64,000 nucleotides of DNA from Bdellovibrionota bacterium (GTDB taxonomy: Bacteria > Bdellovibrionota_C > UBA2361 > CALJRW01): positions 64,001 through 128,000 of the forward strand of contig JBGSMD010000038.1 of NCBI GenBank assembly GCA_041740355.1. The letters are read 5' to 3'. Both the position numbers and the translations under genes were made by a program. Every line of letters starts with the position of its first letter. Position 1 is the stretch's first letter. This document shows, piece after piece, positions 1-9,810 of the stretch. The notes under the pieces are model-generated. The model made no database searches. It was given only the letters and a program-made list of their open reading frames with translations, and was not told the origin of the DNA.

Positions 1-687
1 ACTTATTTGGGAAAAGGCTTGAAAAATATGCAGATTTATTCCATTTAGACCGTAAGCCGTCAATAGAAAAAGCCCCATCCAAGCTAGTGCCATTGCGAAG
101 ATTTTCATCGGTTTAGTTGTAGCTATAAATTCCATTTCCTTATCTTTCTCAGCTACTCCAAAAAAGTATCCAGTGAGCGCGCCAATTATCAAACATGCCA
201 AAAAGCTATAGAAGCTTTGAAAGTAAATACTGCAGGCCAGAGTAAGTCCAAATAGTATCATTTGCCAGAAGTAGTTAATCTGTTTTTGAAATAATTGCCA
301 TGAAGTAATTGAAATCATCGCGATTAGTAGTGGTATTATTCCCGCAAGTATTCCTTTTGTAGCGTTAAATGTCTGCAGGTCTTGATAAAAGTGGGCAAAT
401 AAAATCATTAGTAAAATTGCTGGTAGTAAGACAGCAAAGATACTGACCAAGGCTCCACCCCAACCTCGAAGATAGAATCCTATATAGGCGATGCAATTAA
501 CGGCTACAGGGCCAGGTAATAGCGATGTAATAGCAAAGGTATCTAAAATTACTTCTTCGGAAATAATTTGATCTTTGCTGGATAGCTTATCTTTAACCAT
601 TGCGATTAAGGCGGCATGACCACCAAAGGAAGACATTCCAATTTGTAAGAAGCTTTTAAAAAGATAGAAAATGGTGACACGTTTCAT
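1..687 (-). CDS. chrA: Chromate efflux transporter, 3' end runs off the window
   Basis: Manual translation from ATG at 687: MKRVTIFYLFKSFLQIGMSSFGGHAALIAM...SLLPGPVAVNCIAYIGFYLRGWGGA, matching the CHR-family FGG and PGP motifs; missing from the ORF track because it is truncated. Confidence 0.85.
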   Translation of the reverse strand, partial: MKRVTIFYLFKSFLQIGMSSFGGHAALIAMVKDKLSSKDQIISEEVILDTFAITSLLPGPVAVNCIAYIGFYLRGWGGALVSIFAVLLPAILLMILFAHFYQDLQTFNATKGILAGIIPLLIAMISITSWQLFQKQINYFWQMILFGLTLACSIYFQSFYSFLACLIIGALTGYFFGVAEKDKEMEFIATTKPMKIFAMALAWMGLFLLTAYGLNGINLHIFQAFSQIS

Positions 688-1049
688 TATGTTTGAGGCT
701 TACTAATTTTTGTTGGTTTTGGCTTTCAAACCTAGTTAAGAATAGATTTGATTAGACCGAGTCTCATAAAATAAGTTCCTTAACGAAAAGACCTTTTTGA
801 ATACTCTGTACGCATTGCATCCTAAGTAATTTAGCAATTATTTAGATATCTGTCTTGTTCGAAAATAACTTTATATAACTCTTGAATGTCCTGATTATTA
901 ATCTTGTGCTCTATGAAAATTTTTAAATTGAAGTCTTTCAGATAGTATTCCTAGAATTTATGATAGCCTATTCTGATCAATATCAGAAAGGTGCTAATTT
1001 TAAATATTATTTTTCACTGTATTTGGCGGGTTGGTTTTATGGTCCTGTC

Positions 1050-1568
1050 CATCTAGACGATGATGACACGCCTGTGATGAATAATGCCAATGCTAGAACT
1101 CATTTCAGATCTAGATGCTAGTTTTGGCGCAAGGGTAAGAGTAACTTTTGGTACTGTTTTAAGCGATATACTCCTGTTCATATGAGTAGTGGGATGATAA
1201 CTAAAACTTAGGTATCGCCTGCAAACGTTTCTGATTCGAAAAGACTAGGACTTCTTTGTCCTACAAACTCTATAGTGTTTGCTGATCAAGATTACTGTGG
1301 GGAAAGAACACAAAATATTCTCAAAAAGAATCAATGCCACTCTGGAGCTATTCATAAAAATAAAATGAAAGGTAAAGATTTTAGAAAAGAGGCTTGGCTA
1401 ATAAAAGCCAGAATGCCTTTTGAGGGAGTCTTTTCTAAGTTTAATAAAAAAACTAGGCAGAGAGAACTTCAAAAAGTTCAGTTCCAAGTCGCCATGCAAG
1501 CAATCTCTCATAATCTTAGAAAGTTTATCAAGATCGACTCTACGAAATTAAACCTAGTTGGTATTTAG
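1050..1568 (+). pseudogene. Degraded DDE transposase (IS5/IS4-like) remnant
   Basis: ORF 1275-1568 has FADQDY (ADxGY-like), R-x-x-x-E-x-x-F and HNL motifs; upstream frameshifted fragments read D-A-S-F and MSSGMITK; boundaries approximate. Confidence 0.7.
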
Positions 1569-1761
1569 CTGGATAGTGGGAAAATCAAGATCAATTACTA
1601 AATTTTAAAAATTTACCAAAAAATTTCCAACTTCTTTTTTAAAAACAGCTAGTTTAGAGAGATTCCCCTTTCGTGTTTTCGATCGTTACATAAGTATAGT
1701 TTTTGATAAAACCATACTGATATGAATATATACTCGATGAAAGATTTTAAAACTGTAATTT

Positions 1762-3321
1762 TTAATTACTCTTAGTGTAAATGATATAACTTTCCAGATT
1801 ACAGTTATCATCATCTTCGATCCATTTCTTTGTTCTAATTTGAATATTATAACAATGGTGAATTTTGTAATTCTTATCTGTTAAGTTTTTGATATATTGC
1901 ATTAAGGGATAATACGAGTTCCTCGCATGCGATATGTGACTTTTAGCCGCTCGAATTATTACTGCAGGCTTATATTTCTCTACTTCTTTTATAGCCTGAT
2001 GCTGCATCTCACGACTTAACAATCCAGGTTCAATTAGAGGAAACATATATAAGTAGCTTGATGCAGATTTACGTTCTGAGTAATAATATATCTGAGGTTC
2101 ATTTGCTAAAATAAATATTTTATCATTTGGTGTGGTGATATTTTTTATCTCCTCTGCCCAGTCAACAGACTCAAGGAAAGGTGCATTCGGGTATTGTTTC
2201 TTAAAAACTTTTACTACATCAGTTGATATGTAATAAGGATATAATGACATTATTTGTATAAAACCGGAAATCAATATCATAAGGACTCCATTCTCCCTTT
2301 TTAAGATTTGCTGAAAGCCGATTGCAGAAAAGATTGCAACCAATGGAAGAATAGGGACAAAATAGTGCGGCCTAAACCAAAAGCTTGGGAAGATCGTTAG
2401 GATAATTGCAATTGCGAAGGCAAGAATTGTTTCAGACACAACTCCTTTTTTATTTTTATCTTGATAAATATAACTGAATAAACCAATTAATGAAGTAAGC
2501 CAAAACAGGAATTGATTCCTGGCTATTGGGTAAAAGTTATCCTTAAAAGATTGCATGATATTAGATAAAGGCCTTCCACTTCCATAACTCAGTCCATAAT
2601 CTATCACCCAAGTTCGTAAATTGATAAAGGTACCATTGCTTAGACTAGAAAGAATTAATACGATAGGAAAAATAAAACAGCAGACTAGAAATAGTAGTAG
2701 AGAATAAACAGAGACAGCTTGTCTTTTAATTAATATGTAAAAATAGAATGGAAGCAGTAATATTGCTGTTTGTTTGATCATAATAGCAATCGACAAACAT
2801 AGTCCGGACAAAATCAGGCTTTTAATTGAGAATTTTTCTAAAAAATTAATCAAAAATATAAAAGAAAAAACTATAAATGGTGTTTGAATTTGCGTTGCAT
2901 GCAGTGCGAAGCCTAACACAGGCTGTCCGGACAAAAGTATTAAGGTTATCAAGCCCGCTAGATAAGAGAGCCTTTCGTTTTTTTTGAATTTTAAAAAAAG
3001 GATGTAGGTCGCTATTGCACTACCAACATTAAGAAAAATCAATGAAGTGTGAATCGAGGTATTACTTGAGCCAAGTAGTGCTATGGCAATTGCGTAAAAA
3101 TAACTAGCACCTGGGAGTTTAAAATTTCCTTCAAACCGATAAGGAGCAATTCCTTCTAATATTAAATTCCCTAAATAAGAGAACTCGCCTTCATCTCGTT
3201 CAAAAGGAAAATCAAGTAAATTGTACCTCAACAAAAAGGATACAAGAAAATAGCTAGCAATAATCAAAAAGAAGGTTAGCGTCTGATTACTCAGAATTTT
3301 TTTCATTTCCAGTTTAATCAT
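1762..3321 (-). CDS. ArnT/PMT-like (GT-C fold) membrane glycosyltransferase
   Basis: N-terminal TM followed by ERDEG acidic loop, KLPG, KQ, about 11 TM segments and a soluble C-terminal domain. Confidence 0.75.
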   Translation of the reverse strand: MIKLEMKKILSNQTLTFFLIIASYFLVSFLLRYNLLDFPFERDEGEFSYLGNLILEGIAPYRFEGNFKLPGASYFYAIAIALLGSSNTSIHTSLIFLNVGSAIATYILFLKFKKNERLSYLAGLITLILLSGQPVLGFALHATQIQTPFIVFSFIFLINFLEKFSIKSLILSGLCLSIAIMIKQTAILLLPFYFYILIKRQAVSVYSLLLFLVCCFIFPIVLILSSLSNGTFINLRTWVIDYGLSYGSGRPLSNIMQSFKDNFYPIARNQFLFWLTSLIGLFSYIYQDKNKKGVVSETILAFAIAIILTIFPSFWFRPHYFVPILPLVAIFSAIGFQQILKRENGVLMILISGFIQIMSLYPYYISTDVVKVFKKQYPNAPFLESVDWAEEIKNITTPNDKIFILANEPQIYYYSERKSASSYLYMFPLIEPGLLSREMQHQAIKEVEKYKPAVIIRAAKSHISHARNSYYPLMQYIKNLTDKNYKIHHCYNIQIRTKKWIEDDDNCNLESYIIYTKSN

Positions 3322-4465
3322 TTACTTCTACGGCAAATCCTCGATATCCACCTAAGATATTTTTGTAATTATTGACTATTCTTCCCTTAGGAGATAATTC
3401 AAAAAGCTTATTCTCGGCGGAGACAGTAACAAGAAAATTGCCATTTTCTAGCAACTGAACTCCACTAGTATGGGGACTATAAAACTTAGGTGGGCCAGAA
3501 TATTCCCATTCAATTTTTTTAGATAAAATATCCACTATTAAGATCCGAGAATAGCCACGTGTTGTTCCATTATCAAAAACTAAAATTTTATTATTATTAA
3601 TAATAGTTGGGCGGTGGGGTCTTTCTAAAATTCCGTGTCCAAAAGTCCAAATAACCCTATCTTCCTCGAGATCATAAAGTGCAATAATATTAGCATTAGC
3701 ACTTGAAAGTAAGAATACTTGTTCTCCTTCACAAATATCAAGTTTATCACAATCAACAAGCTCAATTGTATTAAAATGCATCAGATCTTCTGGTTCATTC
3801 GCTTCGATATTATCTCTGTGCCAAACTGGATTTGTTGGCGAAAGCTGTGTACGAATTTGATCTAAACGTTTAAAATCTAAATATTCTTTAAATGCTGGAT
3901 ATAAGTTAGTCTTGCTGACTTGGTTTCCTTGATCATCAATCTTAACCAAATTATCAACTATAATTTCGAAGCCGAAATTATCATGATTCACTATTTGTTG
4001 TTCTTTTTGTAAGGCATAGACATTTAAATTTTTATCAACATGAAAATCATGATGGAACTTTTCTTTAGTTGACCAGAGTTCTTCCCCACTAAAAGATTGT
4101 TTCGTAATTTGATCGTGTTGTTCAAGTAAATAAAGATACTTATGATCAACTAATTCAACATGTTCAATTTCGATTTGCTTCCTATCGGCAAGTTTTGGCA
4201 TCCAACTCTGAATCAATTCTCCGTCTTGATTGGTCAAAACAGCTATGTTGCCTTGATTACTCTTATCTCGTAATTTAGTTGTGTAGAGAAATTTTTTCTT
4301 TGTAGTTTGAACCAGAGATTGCTCTTTGTTATATATTTTGGGATTAAAATACAAGACTAACTTAACAATCAATAATAATACTAAGATGAACTTTATATTT
4401 ATTTTGAACATAGAGATTAGCTTGATATTTATTACCTTATTCCTTAAATAAGAATATTCATTCAT
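3314..4465 (-). CDS. Arylsulfotransferase (ASST)-like beta-propeller protein
   Basis: HHD, HFNT, PH, FDNG and SGVQLLENGN motifs; N-terminal TM anchor; true start may be a later Met. Confidence 0.75.
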   Translation of the reverse strand: MNEYSYLRNKVINIKLISMFKINIKFILVLLLIVKLVLYFNPKIYNKEQSLVQTTKKKFLYTTKLRDKSNQGNIAVLTNQDGELIQSWMPKLADRKQIEIEHVELVDHKYLYLLEQHDQITKQSFSGEELWSTKEKFHHDFHVDKNLNVYALQKEQQIVNHDNFGFEIIVDNLVKIDDQGNQVSKTNLYPAFKEYLDFKRLDQIRTQLSPTNPVWHRDNIEANEPEDLMHFNTIELVDCDKLDICEGEQVFLLSSANANIIALYDLEEDRVIWTFGHGILERPHRPTIINNNKILVFDNGTTRGYSRILIVDILSKKIEWEYSGPPKFYSPHTSGVQLLENGNFLVTVSAENKLFELSPKGRIVNNYKNILGGYRGFAVEVND

Positions 4466-4629
4466 ACTAACTAGGCAAATTTAACTCTCACCCTGAGATT
4501 TAGTTATTGAGTGTTTCACTTGATACCTTTTCCAAGAAGGACACTTAATTCCATAAGCATCATAAGTTGATTTTAGCCTAAAAAACAAGATTAGTAATAA
4601 ACTTGAATAACAATCGAACAAGTCATTTA

Positions 4630-4773
4630 TAGTTATTCCAAAAAATAAATTACGTATAAATAAAATAGCGCAGCATGTTTTTTTCTAATAACTATATGAT
4701 TTTACTACACTTGCGGGGAATAGAAAGCTCCAAAAAGTAGTTTCCTTACGTAAATTACTTTTTGGACTTTCTA
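4630..4773 (+). mobile_element. MITE-like family 1, copy 1 (144 bp, TA flanks)
   Basis: TA|TAGTTATTCCAAAAAATAAATTAC...GTAAATTACTTTTTGGACTTTCTA|TA; absent from the paralogous promoter near 5700-5720. Confidence 0.8.
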
Positions 4774-4916
4774 TATTACAATGGTCAACAAACAAAAAAG
4801 TTACCCAATTTAACCTAGAAACGAAGTACTAGTATTTACTTGTTAAAATGTATATAATTTCTATAATTAATAAAATGTTTAAATAATGACTTTTAAAAAT
4901 TTTATCAACAATCTGA

Positions 4917-5462
4917 ATGTCAATTAGTCGTCAAGAAAATACTCCCTGTAAAAAATCTAACGGTTTTACCTTAGTGGAGCTTTTAGTAACAATTGTAATT
5001 GTGGGGATCTTAGCTTCGATGGCAACCTCTGCATTTGATGAGTATAAACGTAGGGCTAATGATGCTGTCGCAATTTCTGCTTTGCGGAACATGATTACAA
5101 GTTTTAATGTTTATTTATCCGATGTTGGTTCAATGAAGAACGATCCAGATATTAACATTAATGCCTTTTATTCTTTTGGTATGGGAGTTAATGGAGTTGC
5201 AAATATTGCTCCAAACATACCAAATGCCCAAGCAAAGCTTTTACCAGGATATATTCATCCTAAGAATGTTGGAGTTTTCATGAATTTTACTACCGAATTC
5301 TATCTTGCGTATGCTTCTCATTGCAAAGGTAGCCTTGGTGCCGCAGGGTTTTACGGCGAAGGGAATACAGTACCTAGAAGCTTCTATCTTGGATCAAATA
5401 CACAGCTTTATTCCAATTTCAATGGGATGAACATGGCATTTGATGGTAGTAGTTGCCTTTAA
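4917..5462 (+). CDS. Type IV pilin (prepilin N-terminal cleavage/methylation domain)
   Basis: KSNG|FTLVELLVTIVIVGILA (G-1, F+1, E+5); C-terminal Cys pair. Confidence 0.9.
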   Translation: MSISRQENTPCKKSNGFTLVELLVTIVIVGILASMATSAFDEYKRRANDAVAISALRNMITSFNVYLSDVGSMKNDPDININAFYSFGMGVNGVANIAPNIPNAQAKLLPGYIHPKNVGVFMNFTTEFYLAYASHCKGSLGAAGFYGEGNTVPRSFYLGSNTQLYSNFNGMNMAFDGSSCL

Positions 5463-5470
5463 ACTCTTGA

Positions 5471-5609
5471 TACTATTTACCTGGATTATTTTTTTGTAAA
5501 GATAAATAACACGATTTATAACGACAAAATCCTAAAAAAAGACTTTTGTTGTTTCACTATTTCATCCACATTAGGCCTAGTAATTGATAACCAAAAAGGA
5601 TTTTTCTCT
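5471..5609 (-). pseudogene. Degenerate duplicate of the 3' end of the 6406-7908 gene
   Basis: Aligns by eye to 6391-6540 (gattattttt..gtaaagataaa, tgttgtttcac.atttcatccac, ataaccaaaaaggatttttctc). Confidence 0.8.
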
Positions 5610-5847
5610 AACACCCCAAGAACAGCACTTAATTCCTTAGGAGCATGCCTTGAGTCTTGCACAACAGCAAGATTACCAATGAACTTAAATGACAATCGAA
5701 CAAATTATTTATCACAACGGCAAACAAAAAAGTTACCTAATTTAGCCTAAAATTAACGTACTAGTATTTACTGGCTAAAATGTATACAATTTACATAAGT
5801 AATACATGTTTACATAGTGACTTGTAAAATTTTTACAAACAATCTGA

Positions 5848-6387
5848 ATGTCCATTAGTCATCAACAAAATACTCCCTGTAAAAAATCCAATGGTTTTAC
5901 CTTAGTGGAGCTTTTAGTAACAATTGTGATTGTGGGGATCTTAGCTTCGATGGCAACCTCTGCATTTGATGAATATAAACGTAAGGCTAATGACTTAGTA
6001 GCCATCTCCGATCAGATCAACCTTATTTCAAGCTTTAATAACTATTTAGCTGATGTTGGTGCAATCTCAAACGATCCAGGCTTTACAACAGATTCAATGT
6101 CTATAATTTTCAATACTGACGGGGCCATGTCTATGAACCCAAGCATACCCAATGGCCAATCGAAAATATTACCAGGCTATATTCATTCTAAGAATGTTGA
6201 AACTGTTCTGGTGTTACTGAAACAAAACTCAGGCTTTGTTACAAATGCTACCCATTGCAATGGTAGCACAGGCAGAACGTCAGACTATGATAGTCCTCTA
6301 ACTAGGAGGTTCCATATGAGTTCTTCATTGCCCAATAGAATCTCAACATTTAGCGGTTTTCCAAGTGATGGAAGTGGTTGTCGTTAA
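5848..6387 (+). CDS. Type IV pilin, paralog of 4917-5462
   Basis: First ~50 aa nearly identical to the upstream pilin; divergent C-terminal domain with Cys pair. Confidence 0.9.
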   Translation: MSISHQQNTPCKKSNGFTLVELLVTIVIVGILASMATSAFDEYKRKANDLVAISDQINLISSFNNYLADVGAISNDPGFTTDSMSIIFNTDGAMSMNPSIPNGQSKILPGYIHSKNVETVLVLLKQNSGFVTNATHCNGSTGRTSDYDSPLTRRFHMSSSLPNRISTFSGFPSDGSGCR

Positions 6388-6405
6388 ATTTACTATCTGC
6401 TTTTG

Positions 6406-7908
6406 CTAGATTATTTTTTCGTAAAGATAAACAACACGGTTCCTAACAAGATAATTCTGAATAAAAAGATATTCCTGTTGTTTCACAATTTCATCCACCT
6501 TAACCCCCGTCAATTCATAACCAAAAAAGGATTTTTCTCCAATCTCTTGTTTTATTTGAGGAACGACCAAACAGCTTGGCTGAAAATGACTAATTGAGGT
6601 GGTAACTAAAGTAGCTAGATTGACTTCTTGGTTTGGAGCATATGCCACAGGAAGGTTAACAATCTCATTTTTGATTGGATAAGCCACGTAGTTTGATTGA
6701 AAGTATTTTTTAAATCTTTCATCCGCTAACAAATCAAATCGAACACTTTCAACGTAACCAGCTATGTTTAAAACCAAACATTTATTAAGTTGCGGATTTG
6801 AATTAATAAGGGTGGATATTTCTTGCCATGGTTTACTTGCGACTAAAATATCAAAGTTTTTTCTAAAATAGAAGGAGTTATAGAAAAGCATTACTAAGAC
6901 TACCAGCGTTAATAACTGCCTATTAAAAGATGCTAATATGCCAGCAAAGATTAGGAAATTTCCAAGAAATATCAGAATGGTGTACCTAGGTAAGAAAAAA
7001 CTGCCTTCAATCAATGCTGACATGAGAAACAATGATGTTACTAGAGTAATGATCAATCCAATCCCAATTTTGAAAATTTGATTATCATCTTCATCCTTAA
7101 AGTGCCTTGGAAATACTAAAAACCAAATACCTAAGAAGCTAAAAGTTAATAGCTCTGGGTAAAAGATTTTCTTGATCAGCTCAATTACAGTTGGAATACT
7201 AACTATTACTAAACTACTAGATTTATTAACTATCATTACTAGCTGTGGCCAGAACAAAAGGACACTACAGGCGGCAATAGTTAGGGGTATAAAAATCCGA
7301 AATGTGGTTTTTGGACGTTTTGATATGTAAAGCAGTAGAAAAATTTCAAATGCCCAGAACTGAATAGCTAAGTAATGTGCATAGACTAGCAGAATATTAG
7401 CAACAGTGAATTTTATCCAAAACTGCCTACAATCTTCAAAATTTAGGATTAAGTAAGTGAGGTATACCGCAAGAAAAAAAACTAATGAGTAAGGCCGTGC
7501 TTGTGTCGCAATCATCAAAAAATTTGCTGATGTAAACATGAAGCATAGTGCGATCGTTGCTATCAGCGGACTGCTTAGTTTATTTATTATCTTATAAAGA
7601 TAATAAGCAATTGCTAAGTTGAAAAGCATTGATGGCACTCTAAGTGCCATCTCCATCGGTAGAAAAGGACTGGAAAGATAATAGAAAAATTTAGTAATTA
7701 TGAAATGAAGTGGGCTGTGGTGTTGAACAGTATAAACTTGCGATATTAATTCCTTAAAATCTAGTCCAATTAAATAAAAGGTATTTGTCTCGTCCAAGAT
7801 CAAAGGTAGCAGGTAATAAGAATAGTTTATGAAAATTGCAATAAAAAAACATAGCACTACAAAGAAGTAGATCAGTTTCTGAAAATAGGAAGATTGGTTG
7901 GAAGTCAT
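6406..7908 (-). CDS. GT-C fold (PMT_2/GT39-like) membrane glycosyltransferase
   Basis: LDE loop, HSPLHF, ALRVPS, QARPYS, HY and PRY motifs; multiple TM segments. Confidence 0.75.
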   Translation of the reverse strand: MTSNQSSYFQKLIYFFVVLCFFIAIFINYSYYLLPLILDETNTFYLIGLDFKELISQVYTVQHHSPLHFIITKFFYYLSSPFLPMEMALRVPSMLFNLAIAYYLYKIINKLSSPLIATIALCFMFTSANFLMIATQARPYSLVFFLAVYLTYLILNFEDCRQFWIKFTVANILLVYAHYLAIQFWAFEIFLLLYISKRPKTTFRIFIPLTIAACSVLLFWPQLVMIVNKSSSLVIVSIPTVIELIKKIFYPELLTFSFLGIWFLVFPRHFKDEDDNQIFKIGIGLIITLVTSLFLMSALIEGSFFLPRYTILIFLGNFLIFAGILASFNRQLLTLVVLVMLFYNSFYFRKNFDILVASKPWQEISTLINSNPQLNKCLVLNIAGYVESVRFDLLADERFKKYFQSNYVAYPIKNEIVNLPVAYAPNQEVNLATLVTTSISHFQPSCLVVPQIKQEIGEKSFFGYELTGVKVDEIVKQQEYLFIQNYLVRNRVVYLYEKII

Positions 7909-8156
7909 TTGCGAGAGTTAGAACTATTTAGCTGTTTAAAGTGGCATCTGTATTATAATACCATATATCATAAATACATGATTTGAAAAATAAAAAACTA
8001 AGCTCACTGAAAAGCATTTTAGTATTACCCAAGTCAGACCTCCTGCTCAATAATTTCAGCTAGAATTACGACAACAATACTCACAATATTTAACTAAAAG
8101 GCACCCGAGAATATCAGTAAAAATCATATGCGAACAAAGGACATCCCGTCACTAGA

Positions 8157-9680
8157 CTATTGTTCATATTCTAATAATTTCGCTGGATGATCGATTATTA
8201 GTAGCCATTTTTGCCGGGTTGGGTAGTAATTAATTAGTAATTGATTTTCTAACGGGTTTAAAAACCGAGCAATGACAATCTTTTGTTGATCAATATTTGC
8301 TGAGTTATATACCACTTCATGTCCTAATTCATGATTTTGATACTTAACAAACACCAAATGTTGTCTTTGATCATCAATCAATGGCTGAAAAACTTCTTTT
8401 TTTGATGAAAAAATAGAACTCTGAAGATATTCATGTGTTGTTGAAACCGTATTCACTAGCTCGGTAGTGAGAATAATAAAATAGCCTGTAATAATTAGTA
8501 TTTTCCAGCGCTGTGCTAATCTGCAACAAAGAATATTTTCAATTAAAATTGCTAGTCCTAAAAAGAGAATCACAGCATAGGGCGCAGAGTAATGACTATT
8601 GTCAAAGGCTATGGGAAGAAATCCTATAGCTATAATCATGACAAGCATGCCGATTGTGAAGTTTGCTAAGGGATGGCTGATTCTCTGATAAAAAATAAAT
8701 AAAAATAAGAGAAGAATTCCGATACTTAGATAGCTTCTAAAATGCCTGCCAATTTTTTTAAAAACGAAATTACTATAACTCAGAAGTGACTCCTTACGTG
8801 ACACTGCTTGCTGGGCCTCTTCTAGATAGAACTCTTTCATCTCGGGATATGCAAAGGAATTTGGATAATTATTATTTGAAAATACGAAAGGCTGCGCGAT
8901 AGAGTATTTATCTTGATATCTGCTATAGGCAGAGGTAGTAGCAGAACCCGTAGTATGATAATTATACCACCCCCAAAAGATAATTGCTGTAAATGCAGTT
9001 AACATAAACAATAATATTATTGTTTTTTTAGTAAGCTCTGTGCTGACTAGTCTGCTTAGGCAAAAAAGCATACCAAAAAGCAACACTAGCCCTTCAAATG
9101 GCCTGCCTGATAGGAGCATCAATCCACCAACGACAAACAAAAGACAATATAAAAAATGATATTTTTTACGATAATTTAATACGGTATTTAAAGTTAATAG
9201 CGCACCAACAAAACTTCCTAAACCTCCCCAGTAGGTTAGTACCCAGCTAGCGATGATATGCGGATGAAGTGCCACTAGAAGACTTAGAATTGTGGTAGTT
9301 GTAATCGAAAAATTATTTCTGAGCACATGATAAGTGAGTATGATGGCAAGCAGGTGCAGCACTATCACACCTAATAGTGGATGCAGGTTTAGTGCTAAGG
9401 GAATTGCATACACAAAACCAAGCAGAGGGGGGAATCTTCCAGTATAACAAGGCAGATGTTGTATCTGAAAAGACTCAAAAAATTGATAGTGCGGGTGAGT
9501 TGGGTTACATAGTCTACCATTTGAGATGGTGTCACCTATTAATAGATAAGCAAACTCATCGAAAAAAACAGGAAAAGGATTCACCCAATAGAGTAAGCCT
9601 AGGTCTAGGCACAAGGCTATCAAAACTAATAGAGTAAGAATAAATAATGGTTTTTGAGTTAATACTCTCGTAACATTCAT
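8157..9680 (-). CDS. GT-C-like polytopic membrane protein
   Basis: FDEFAY loop, RFPP, RPFEG and YNYHTTG motifs; same family as 40081-42063. Confidence 0.65.
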   Translation of the reverse strand: MNVTRVLTQKPLFILTLLVLIALCLDLGLLYWVNPFPVFFDEFAYLLIGDTISNGRLCNPTHPHYQFFESFQIQHLPCYTGRFPPLLGFVYAIPLALNLHPLLGVIVLHLLAIILTYHVLRNNFSITTTTILSLLVALHPHIIASWVLTYWGGLGSFVGALLTLNTVLNYRKKYHFLYCLLFVVGGLMLLSGRPFEGLVLLFGMLFCLSRLVSTELTKKTIILLFMLTAFTAIIFWGWYNYHTTGSATTSAYSRYQDKYSIAQPFVFSNNNYPNSFAYPEMKEFYLEEAQQAVSRKESLLSYSNFVFKKIGRHFRSYLSIGILLLFLFIFYQRISHPLANFTIGMLVMIIAIGFLPIAFDNSHYSAPYAVILFLGLAILIENILCCRLAQRWKILIITGYFIILTTELVNTVSTTHEYLQSSIFSSKKEVFQPLIDDQRQHLVFVKYQNHELGHEVVYNSANIDQQKIVIARFLNPLENQLLINYYPTRQKWLLIIDHPAKLLEYEQ

Positions 9681-9810
9681 TAGTTTTGCATAGTCCCGTA
9701 ATCAGCAATATTAGCTTACTGGCTCTTTAACTCTTTGGATACCTGCTCATTCCTTTTATTTTAAACCTAATTGTTTGATATTTCCCCAGTAATTAGAGAC
9801 CTGAGCCCCC

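Noticed and set aside
4917-6387. Diversity-generating retroelement or shufflon acting on the pilins
   Set aside because: No reverse transcriptase, recombinase or TR/VR pair with adenine-specific differences in the window
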